Origin: Antedon mediterranea
Lineage: Eukaryota; Animalia; Echinodermata
Assembly (NCBI RefSeq): GCF_964355755.1
Contig: NC_092678.1
Location: forward strand, 10,228,352-10,292,351
Direction: 5' to 3'
Length of the DNA: 64,000 nucleotides
Part shown: positions 1 to 9,999 of the stretch, in pieces
Layout of the letters: each line of letters begins with the position of its first letter
How positions within the stretch are numbered: the stretch's first letter is position 1
Notes under the pieces: generated by a model
What the model was told of the DNA's origin: nothing
What the model saw: only the letters and a program-made list of their open reading frames with translations
The model's database searches: none
Made by a program: the position numbers and the translations under genes

Positions 1-60
1 TAATGTGATTTAAAGCACTTTGATGTTTTTGTATAACCAAGTTTCATCGAAATGCACAAA

Positions 61-148
61 ATGGTCTAAAACGTCTCCAAATGCGATTTGAAGCTTTTCT
101 AAGCACTTTGCTGTTTTTATGTTAACAAGTTTTTTCGAAAATCACAAA
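61..148 (+). repeat. Monomer type A (88 bp; HindIII AAGCTT, HpaI GTTAAC, TTTTCGAAAA), example copy
   Basis: ATGGTCTAAAACGTCTCCAAATGCGATTTGAAGCTTTTCTAAGCACTTTGCTGTTTTTATGTTAACAAGTTTTTTCGAAAATCACAAA. Sub-variants have CT/CC and GGTG/GCTG; A' (CCAAGCACTTTGCTG) is at 499-586. Confidence 0.92.
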
Positions 149-236
149 ATGGTCTAAAACGTCTCCAAATGCGATTTGAAGATATTCTGAGCACTTTGGT
201 GTTTTTATGTTAAAAAGTTTTTTCGAAAATCACAAA
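149..236 (+). repeat. Monomer type B (88 bp; GAAGATATTCTGAGCAC...ATGTTAAAAAG), example copy; often occurs as a BB pair
   Basis: Read directly; a second B follows at 237-324. Confidence 0.92.
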
Positions 237-324
237 ATGGTCTAAAACGTCTCCAAATGCGATTTGAAGATATTCTGAGCACTTTGGTGTTTTTATGTTA
301 ACAAGTTTTTTCGAAAATCACAAA

Positions 325-411
325 ATGGTCTAAAACGTCTCCAAATGCGATTTGAAGCTATTCTGTACACTTTGATGTTTTGTGTGAAAAAGTTTTGTCG
401 AAATGCTCAAA
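325..411 (+). repeat. Monomer type C (87 bp; GAAGCTATTCTGTACACTTTGATGTTTTGTGTGAAAAAG...GTCGAAATGCTC), example copy
   Basis: Read directly; nearly always followed by a D-headed monomer. Confidence 0.92.
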
Positions 412-498
412 ATGGTCTAAAACGTTTTTAAAACGATATTAAGCTATTTTGTGCTCTTTGATGTTTTTCTGTAACCAAGTTTTATCGAAATGAACAAA
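412..498 (+). repeat. Monomer type D (87 bp; AAAACGTTTTTAAAACGATATTAAGCTATTTTGTGCTC), example copy
   Basis: Read directly; has the most divergent head segment of the full-length types. Confidence 0.92.
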
Positions 499-586
499 AT
501 GGTCTAAAACGTCTCCAAATGCGATTTGAAGCTTTTCCAAGCACTTTGCTGTTTTTATGTTAACAAGTTTTTTCGAAAATCACAAA

Positions 587-673
587 ATGGTCTAAAACGT
601 CTCAAAATGCGATTTGAAGGTATTCTGAGCACTTTGGTGTTTTTGTGTGAAAAGTTTTAACGAAATGCTCAAA
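587..673 (+). repeat. Monomer type E (87 bp; CTCAAAATGCGATTTGAAGGTATTC...GTTTTAACGAAATGCTC), example copy
   Basis: Read directly; followed by an F head in the copies I checked. Confidence 0.92.
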
Positions 674-751
674 ATTGTCTAAAACGGTTTCTAATGTGAT
701 TTTAAGCACTTTGATGTTTTTGTAAAACCAAGTTTCATCGAAATGAACAAA
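674..751 (+). repeat. Monomer type F (78 bp, 77 bp in the ACGGTTCTAATG variant); carries a 10-bp internal deletion
   Basis: ACGGTTTCTAATGTGATTTTAAGCACTTTG lacks the 10 bp found between the two AGC motifs in the other types. Confidence 0.92.
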
Positions 752-3700
752 ATGGTCTAAAATGTCTCCAAATGCGATTTGAAGCTTTTCCAAGCACTTT
801 GCTGTTTTTATGTTAACAAGCTTTTTCGAAAATCACAAAATGGTCTAAAACGTCTCCAAATGCGATTTGAAGATATTCTGAGCACTTTGGTGTTTTTATG
901 TTAAAAAGTTTTTTCGAAAATCACAAAATGGTCTAAAACGTCTCCAAATGCAATTTGAAGATATTCTGAGCACTTTGGTGTTTTTATGTTAAAAAGTTTT
1001 TTCGAAAATCACAAAATGGTCTAAAACGTCTCCAAATGCGATTTGAAGCTATTCTGTACACTTTGATGTTTTGTGTGAAAAAGTTTTGTCGAAATGCTCA
1101 AAATGGTTTAAAACGTTTTTAAAACGATATTAAGTTATTTTGTGCTCTTTGATGTTTTTGTGTAACCAAGTTTCATCGAAATGAACAAAATGGTCTAAAA
1201 CGTCTCCAAATGCGATTTGAAGCTTTTCCAAGCACTTTGCTGTTTTTATGTTAACAAGTTTTTTCGAAAATCACAAAATGGTGTAAAACGTCTCAAAATG
1301 CGATTTGAAGGTATTCTGAGCACTTTGGTGTTTTTGTGTGAAAAGTTTTAACGAAATGCTCAAAATGGTCTAAAACGGTTCTAATGTGATTTTAAGCTAT
1401 TCTAGACACTTTGATGTTTTGTGTGAAAAAGTTTTCTCGAAATGCTCAAAATGGTCTAAAACGTTTTCCAATACCATATTAAGCTATTTTGTGCAATTTG
1501 ATGTTTTTGTGTAACCAAGTTTTTTGAAATGCGATTTGAAGATATTCTGAGGACTCTGGTGTTTTTATGTTAAAAAGTTTTTTCGAAAATCACAAAATGG
1601 TCTAAAACGTCTCCAAATGCGATTTGAAGATATTCTGAGCACTTTGGTGTTTTTATGTTAAAAAGTTTTTTCGAAAATCACAAAATGGTCTAAAACGTCT
1701 CCAAATGCGAGTTGAAGCTATTCTGTACACTTTGATGTTTTGTGTGAAAAAGTTTTGTCGAAATGCTCAAAATGGTCTAAAACGTTTTTAAAACGATATT
1801 AAGCTATTTTGTGCTCTTTGATGTTTTTGTGTAACCAAGTTTTTTCGAAAATCACAAAATGGTCTAAAACGTCTCCAAATGCGATTTGAAGCTTTTCTAA
1901 GCACTTTGGTGTTTTTATGTTAACAAGTTTTTTCGCAAATCACAAAATTGTCTAAAACGTCTCCAAATGCGATTTGAAGATATTCTGAGCACATTGGTGT
2001 TTTTATGTTAAAAAAGTTTTTTCGAAAATCACAAAATGGTCTAAAACGTTTCCAAATGCGATTTGAAGCTCTTCTGTACACTTTGATGTTTTGTGTGAAA
2101 AAGTTTTTTCGAAATGCTCAAAATGGTCTAAAACGTTTTTAAATACGATATTAAGCTGTTTTGTGCACTTTGATGGTTTGTGTGAAAAGTTTTAACGAAA
2201 TGCTCAAAATGGTCAAAAACGGTTTCTAATGTGATTTTAAGCACTTTGATGTTTTTGTGTAACCAAGTTTTTTCGAAAATCACAAATTGGTCTAAAACGT
2301 CTCCAAATGCGATTTGAAGCTTTTCTAAACACTTTGGTGCTTTTATGTTAACAAGTTTTTTCGAAAATCACAAAATGGTCTAAAACGTCTCCAAATGCGA
2401 TTTGAAGCTTTTCTAAACACTTTGGTGTTTTTATGTTAACAAGTTTTTTCGAAAATCACAAAATGGTCTAAAACGTCTTCAAATGCGATTTGAAGATATT
2501 CTGAGCACTTTGGTGTTTTTCTGTTAAAAAGTTTTTTCGAAAATCACAAAATGGTCTAAAACGTCTCCAAATGCGATTTGAAGCTCTTCTGTACACTTTG
2601 ATGTTTTGTGTGAAAAAGTTTTCTCGAAATGCTCAAAATGGTCTAAAACGTTTTCCAATACCATATTAAGCTATTTTGTGCAATTTGATGTTTTTATGTA
2701 ACCAAGTTTTTTGAAATGCGATTTGAAGATATTCTGAGCACTTTGGTGTTTTTATGTTAAAAAGTTTTTTCGAAAATCACAAAATGGTCTAAAACGTCTC
2801 CAAATGCGATTTGAAGATATTCTGAGCACTTTGGTGTTTTTATGTTAAAAAGTTTTTTCGAAAATCACAAAATGGTCTAAAACGTCTCCAAATGCGATTT
2901 GAAGCTATTCTGTACACTTTGATGTTTTGTGTGAAAAAGTTTTGTCGAAATGCTCAAAATGGTCTAAAACGTTTTTAAAACGATATTAAGCTATTTTGTG
3001 CTCTTTGATGTTTTTGTGTAACCAAGTTTTTTCGAAAATCACAAAATGGTCTAAAACGTCTCCAAATGCGATTTGAAGCTTTTCTAAGCACTTTGGTGTT
3101 TTTATGTTAACAAAATTTTTCGAAAATCACAAAATGGTCTAAAACGTCTCAAAATGCGATTTGAAGGTATTCTGAGCACTTTGGTGTTTTTGTGTGAAAA
3201 GTTTTAACGAAATGCTCAAAATGGTCTAAAACGGTTTCTAATGTGATTTTAAGCACTTTGATGTTTTTGTGTAACCAAGTTTTTTCGAAAATCACAAAAT
3301 GGTCTAAAACGTCTCCAAATGCGATTTGAAGCTATTCTGTACACTTTGATGTTTTGTGTGAAAAAAGTTTTGTCGAAATGCTCAAAATGGTCTAAAACGT
3401 TTTTAAAACGATATTGAGCTATTTTGTGCTCTTTGATGTTTTTGTGTAACCAAGTTTTATCGAAATGAACAAAATGGTCTAAAACGTCTCCAAATGCGAT
3501 TTGAAGCTTTTCCAAGCACTTTGCTGTTTTTATATTAAGTTTTTTCGAAAATCACAAAATGGTCTAAAACGTCTCTAAATGCGATTTGAAGGTATTCTGA
3601 GCAATTTGGTGTTTTTGTGTGAAAAGTTTTAACGAAATGCTCAAAATTGTCTAAAACGGTTTCTAATGTGATTTTAAGCACTTTGATGTTTTTGTAAAAC

Positions 3701-4929
3701 CAAGTTTCATCGAAATGCACAAAATGGTCTAAAACGTCTCCAAATGCGATTTGAAGCTATTCTGTACACTTTGATGTTTTGTGTGAAAAAAGTTTTGTCG
3801 AAATGCTCAAAATGGTCTAAAACGTTTTTAAAACGATATTAAGCTATTTTGTGCTCTTTGATGTTTTTGTGTAACCAAGTTTTATCGAAATGAACAAAAT
3901 GGTCTAAAACGTCTCCAAATGCGATTTGAAGCTTTTCCAAGCACTTTGCTGTTTTTATGTTAACAGGTTTTTTCGAAAATCACAAAATGGTCTAAAACGT
4001 CTCAAAATGCGATTTGAAGGTATTCTGAGCACTTTGGTGTTTTTGTGTGAAAAGTTTTAACGAAATGCTCAAAATTGTCTAAAACGGTTTCTAATGTGAT
4101 TTTAAGCACTTTGATGTTTTTGTAAAACCAAGTTTCATCGAAATGCACAAAATGGTCTAAAATGTCTCCAAATGCGATTTGAAGCTTTTCCAAGCACTTT
4201 GCTGTTTTTATGTTAACAAGCTTTTTCGAAAATCACAAAATGGTCTAAAACGTCTCCAAATGTGATTTGAAGATATTCTGAGCACTTTGGTATTTTTATG
4301 TTAAAAAGTTTTTTCGAAAATCACAAAATGGTCTAAAACGTCTCCAAATGCGATTTGAAGATATTCTGAGCACTTTGGTGTTTTTATGTTAAAAAGTTTT
4401 TTCGAAAATCACAAAATGGTCTAAAACGTCTCCAAATGCGATTTGAAGCTATTCTGTACACTTTGATGTTTTGTGTGAAAAAGTTTTGTCGAAATGCTCA
4501 AAATGGTTTAAAACGTTTTTAAAACGATATTAAGCTATTTTGTGCTCTTTGATGTTTTTGTATAACCAAGTTTCATCGAAATGCACAAAATGGTCTAAAA
4601 CGTCTCCAAATACGATTTGAAGCTTTTCCAAGCACTTTGCTGTTTTTATGTTAACAAGTTTTTTCGAAAATCACAAAATTGTCTAAAACGTCTCAAAATG
4701 CGATTTGAAGGTATTCTGAGCACTTTGGTGTTTTTGTGTGAAAAGTTTTAACGAAAAGCTCAAAATGGTCTAAAACGGTTCTAATGTGATTTTAAGCACT
4801 TTGATGTTTTTGTACAACGAAGTTTCATCGAAATGCTCAAAATGGTCTAAAACGTTTTTAAAACGATATTAAGCTATTTTGTGCTCTTTGATGTTTTTGT
4901 GTAACCAAGTTTTTTTCGAAAATCACAAA

Positions 4930-5440
4930 ATGGTCTAAAACGTCTCCAAATGCGATTTGAAGCTTTTCTAAGCACTTTGGTGTTTTTATGTTAACAAGTT
5001 TTTTCGAAAATCGCAAAATGGTCTAAAACGTCTCAAAATGCGATTTGAAGGTATTCTGAGCACTTTGGTGTTTTTGTGTGAAAAGTTTTAACGAAATGCT
5101 CAAAATGGTCTAAAACGGTTTCTAATGTGATTTTAACCACTTTGATGTTTTTGTGTAACCAAGTTCTTTTCGAAAATCACAAAATGGTCTAAAACGTCTC
5201 CAAATGCGATTTGAAGCTTTTCTAAGCACTTTGGTGTTTTTATGTTAACAAGTTTTTTCGAAAATCACAAAATGGTCTAAAACGTCTCAAAATGCGATTT
5301 GAAGGTATTCTGAGCACTTTGGTGTTTTTGTGTGAAAAGTTTTAACGAAATGCTCAAAATGGTCTAAAACGGTTTCTAATGTGATTTTAACCACTTTGAT
5401 GTTTTTGTGTAACCAAGTTTTTTCGAAAATCACAAAATGG
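4930..5440 (+). repeat. Small tandem of an A-E-F trimer (2 x ~254 bp), recurring in about 9 places
   Basis: TTTTAACCACTTTG variant at 5137 and 5391; the same doublet occurs near 11.4, 13.1, 14.9, 19.4, 26.7, 31.4, 37.3 and 44.6 kb. Confidence 0.8.
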
Positions 5441-8400
5441 TCTAAAACGTCTCCAAATGCGATTTGAAGCTTTTCTAAGCACTTTGGTGTTTTTATGTTA
5501 ACAAGTTTTTTCGAAAATCACAAAATGGTCTAAAACGTCTCCAAATGCGATTTGAAGCTATTCTGTACACTTTGATGTTTTGTGTGAAAAAAGTTTTGTC
5601 GAAATGCTCAAAATGGTCTAAAACGTTTTTAAAACGATATTAAGCTATTTTGTGCTCTTTGATGTTTTTGTGTAACCAAGTTTTATCGAAATGAACAAAA
5701 TGTTCTAAAACGTCTCCAAATGCGATTTGAAGCTTTTCCAAGCACTTTGCTGTTTTTATGTTAAGTTTTTTCGAAAATCACAAATTGGTCTAAAACGTCT
5801 CTAAATGCGAGTTGAAAGTATTCTGAGCACTTTGGTGTTTTTGTGTGAAAAGTTTTAACGAAATGCTCAAAATTGTCTAAAACGGTTTCTAATGTGATTT
5901 TAAGCACTTTGATGTTTTTGTAAAACCAAGTTTCATCGAAAATCACAAAATGGTCTAAAACGTCTCCAAATGCGATTTGAAGATATTCTGAGCACTTTGG
6001 TGTTTTTATGTTAAAAAGTTTTTTCGAAAATCACAAAATGGTCTAAAACGTCTCCAAATGCGATTTGAAGCTCTTCTGTACACTTTGATGTTTTGTGTGA
6101 ATAAGTTTTGTCAAAATGCTCAAAATGGTCTTAAACGTTTTTAAAACGATATTAAGCTATTTTGTGCTCTTTGATGTTTTTGTATAACCAAGTTTTTTCG
6201 AAAATCACAAAATTGTCTAAAACGTCTCCAAATGCGATTTGAAGATATTCTGAGCACTTTGGTGTTTTTATGTTAAAAAGTTTTTTCGAAAATCACAAAA
6301 TGGTCTAAAACGTCTCCAAATGCGATTTGAAGATATTCTGAGCACTTTGGTGTTTTGTGTGAAAAGTTTTGTCGAAATGCTCAAAATGGTCTAAAACGTT
6401 TTTAAAACGATATTAAGCTATTTTGTGCTCTTTGATGTTTTTGTGTAACCAAGTTTCATCGAAATGAACAAAATGGTCTAAAACGTCTCCAAATGCGATT
6501 TGAAGCTTTTCTAAGCACTTTGGTGTTTTTATGTTAACAAGTTTTTTCGAAAATCACAAAATGGTCTAAAACGTCTCCAAATGCGATTTGAAGATATTCT
6601 GAGCACTTTGCTGTTTTTATGTTAACAAGTTTTTCGAAAATCACAAAATGGTCTAAAACGTCTCAAAATGCTATTTGAAGGTATTCTGAGCACTTTGGTG
6701 TTTTTGTGTGAAAAGTTTTAACGAAATGCTCAAAATGGTCTAAAACGGTTCTAATGTGATTTTAAGCACTTTGATGTTTTTGTATAACCAAGTTTCATCG
6801 AAATGCTCAAAATGGTCTAAAACGTTTTTAAAACGATATTAAGCTATTTTGTGCTCTTTGATGTTTTTGTGTAACGAAGTTTCATCGAAATGAACAAAAT
6901 GGTCTAAAACGTCTCCAAATGCGATTTGAAGCTTTTCCAAGCACTTTGCTGTTTTTATGTTAACAAGTTTTTTCGAAAATCACAAAATGGCCTAAAACGT
7001 CTCAAAATGCGATTTCAAGGTATTCTGAGCACTTTGGTGTTTTTGTGTGAAAGGTTTTAACGAAATGCTCAAAATGGTCTAAAACGGTTTCTAATGTGAT
7101 TTTAAGCACTTTGATGTTTTTGTATAACCAAGTTTCATCGAAATGCACAAAATGGTCTAAAACGTCTCCAAATGCGATTTGAAGCTTTTCTAAGCACTTT
7201 GCTGTTTTTATGTTAACAAGTTTTTTCGAAAATCACAAAATGGTCTAAAACGTCTCCAAATGCGATTTGAAGATATTCTGAGCACTTTGGTGTTTTTATG
7301 TTAAAAAGTTTTTTCGAAAATCACAAAATGGTCTAAAACGTCTCCAAATGCGATTTGAAGCTATTCTATACACTTTGATGTTTTGTGTTAAAAAGTTTTG
7401 TCGAAATGCTCAAAATGGTTTAAAACGTTTTTAAAACGATATTAAGCTATTTTGTGCTCTTTGATGTTTTTGTGTAACCAAGTTTCATCGAAATGAACAA
7501 AATGGTCTAAAACGTCTCCAAATGCGATTTGAAGCTTTTCCAAGCACTTTGCTGTTTTTATGTTAACAAGTTTTTTCGAAAATCACAAAATTGTCTAAAA
7601 CGTCTCAAAAAGCGATTTGAAGGTATTCTGAGCACTTTGGTGTTTTTGTGTGAAAAGTTTTAACGAAAAGCTCAAAATGGTCTAAAACGGTTCTAATGTG
7701 ATTTTAAGCACTTTGATGTTTTTGTACAACCAAGTTTCATCGAAATGCTCAAAATGGTCTAAAACGTTTTTAAAACGATATTAAGCTATTTTGTGCTCTT
7801 TGATGTTTTTGTGTAACCAAGTTTTTTCGAAAATCACAAAATGGTCTAAAACGTCTCCAAATGCGATTTGAAGCTTTTCTAAGCACTTTGGTGTTTTTAT
7901 GTTAACAAGTTTTTTCAAAAATCACAAAATGGTCTAAAACGTCTCCAAATGCGATTTGAAGATATTCTGAGCACTTTGGTGTTTTTCTGTTAAAAAGTAT
8001 TTTCGAAAATCACAAAATGGTCTAAAACGTCTCCAAATGCAATTTGAAGCTATTCTGTACACTTTGATGTTTTGTGTGAAAAAGTTTTGTCAAAATGCTC
8101 AAAATGGTCTAAAACGTTTTTAAAACGATATTAAGCTATTTTGTGCTCTTTGATGTTTTTGTATAACCAAGTTTTTTCGAAAATCACAAAATGGTCTAAA
8201 ACGTCTCCAAATGCGATTTGAAGCTTTTCTAAACACTTTGGTGTTTTTATGTTAACAAGTTTTTTCGAAAATCACAAAATGGTCTAAAACGTCTCCAAAT
8301 CCGATTTGAAGCTATTCTGTACACTTTGATGTTTTGTGTGAAAAAGTTTTGTCGAAATGCTCAAAATGGTCTAAAACGTTTTTAAAACGATATTAAGCTA

Positions 8401-9999
8401 TTTTGTGCTCTTTGATGTTTTTGTGTAACCAAGTTTCATCGATATGAACAAAATGGTCTAAAACGTCTCAAAATGCGATTTGAAGGTATTCTGAGCACTT
8501 TGGTGTTTTTGGGTGAAAAGTTTTAACGAAATGCTCAAAATGGTCTAAAACGGTTTCTAATGTGATTTTAAGCACTTTGAAGTATTTGTAAAAACAAGTT
8601 TCATCGAAATGCACAAAATAGTCTAAAACGTCTCCAAATGCGATTTGAAGCTTTTCTAAGCACTTTGGTGTTTTTATGTTAACAAGTTTTTTCGAAAATC
8701 ACAAAATGGTCTAAAACGTCTCCAAATGCGATTTGAAGATATTCTGAGCACTTTGGTGTTTTTATGTTAAAAAGTATTTTCGAAAATCACAAAATGGTCT
8801 AAAACGTCTCCAAATGCGATTTGAAGCTCTTCTGTACACTTTGATGTTTTGTGTGAAAAAGTTTAGTCGAAATGCTCAAAATGGTCTAAAACGTTTTTAA
8901 AACGATATTAAGCTATTTTGTGCTCTTTGATGTTTTTGTGTAACCAAGTTTCATCGAAAATCACAAAATGGTCTAAAACGTCTCCAAATGCGATTTGAAG
9001 CTTTTCCAAGCACTTTGCTGTTTTTATGTTAACAAGTTTTTTCGAAAATCACAAAATGGTCTAAAACGTCTCAAAATACGATATTAAGCTGTTTTGTGCA
9101 CTTTGATGATTTGTGTGAAAAGTTTTAACGAAATGCTCAAAATGGTCTAAAACGGTTTCTAATGTGATTTTAAGCACTTTGATGTTTTTATGTAGCCAAG
9201 TTTTTTCGAAAATCACAAAATGGTCAAAAACGTCTCCAAATGCGATTTGAAGCTTTTCTAAGCACTTTGGTGTTTTTATGTTAACAAGTTTTTTCGAAAA
9301 TCACAAAATGGTCTAAAACGTCTTCAAATGCGATTTGAAGATATTCTGAGCACTTTGGTGTTTTTCTGTTAAAAAGTATTTTCGAAAATCACAAAATGGT
9401 CTATAACGTCTCCAAATGCGATTTGAAGCTATTCTGTACACATTGATGTTTTGTGTGAAAAAGTTTTGTCAAAATGCTCAAAATGGTCTAAAACGTTTTT
9501 AAAACGATATTAAGCTATTTTGTGCTCTTTGATGTGTTTGTATAACCAAGTTTTTTCGAAAATCACAAAATGGTCTAAAACGTCTCCAAATGCGATTTAA
9601 AGCTATTCTAGACACTTTGATGTTTTGTGTGAAAAATTTTCTCGAAATGCTCAAAATGGTCTAAAACGTTTTCCAATACCATTATTAAGCTATTTTGTGC
9701 AATTTGATGTTTTTGTGTAACCAAGTTTTTTGAAATGCGATTTGAAGATATTCTGAGGACTTTGGTGTTTTTATGTTAAAAAGTTTTTTCGAAAATCACA
9801 AAATGGTCTAAAACGTCTCCAAATGCGATTTGAAGATATTCTGAGCACTTTGATGTTTTGTGTGAAAAAGTTTTGTCGAAATGCTCAAAATGATCTAAAA
9901 CGTTTTTAAAACGATATTAAGCTATTTTGTGCTCTTTGATGTTTTTGTGTAACCAAGTTTTATCGAAATGAACAAAATGGTCTAAAACGTCTCCAAATG

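Larger units (their letters stand above)
61..751 (+). repeat. Core 8-monomer higher-order repeat A-B-B-C-D-A'-E-F, 691 bp
   Basis: 88+88+88+87+87+88+87+78=691. The same order restarts at 752 (A'-B-B-C-D-A'-E-F head) and recurs at ~4150-4840, ~21790-23120 and ~39730-41060. Confidence 0.85.
1..5940 (+). repeat. Large duplicated block, copy 1 (copies at +21735 and +39673)
   Basis: Shared rare markers (GTGATTTAAAGC, GGTGTAAAA, GAGGACTCTGG, TCGCAAATC, GCACATTGG, GATATTGAGC, GCGAGTTGA). ORF-track offsets: 3249/24984/42922, 4002/25737/43675, 5761/27496/45434. Confidence 0.9.

Noticed and set aside
56-73. CRISPR-like appearance: AATGGTCTAAAAC resembles the 3' end of the S. pyogenes type II-A repeat (AATGGTCCCAAAAC), and its reverse complement begins GTTTTAGA
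   Set aside because: The intervening segments are homologous to one another and fall into six repeated types rather than unique spacers. There is no leader and no cas gene. The short AT-rich similarity is coincidental.
71-87. CENP-B-box-like segment CGTCTCCAAATGCGA (compare the reverse-complement box CCCGYTTCCAACGAA)
   Set aside because: The two CpGs are separated by 10 nt instead of 7, and the essential CCCG and CGAA positions are not matched.
2010-6640. Single-base homopolymer length variants (extra A at ~2012 and ~3362, extra T at ~4915, missing T at ~6632)
   Set aside because: These are ordinary slippage. Most are shared by the duplicated copies and so are real but unremarkable. The singleton at ~6632 may be a sequencing error.
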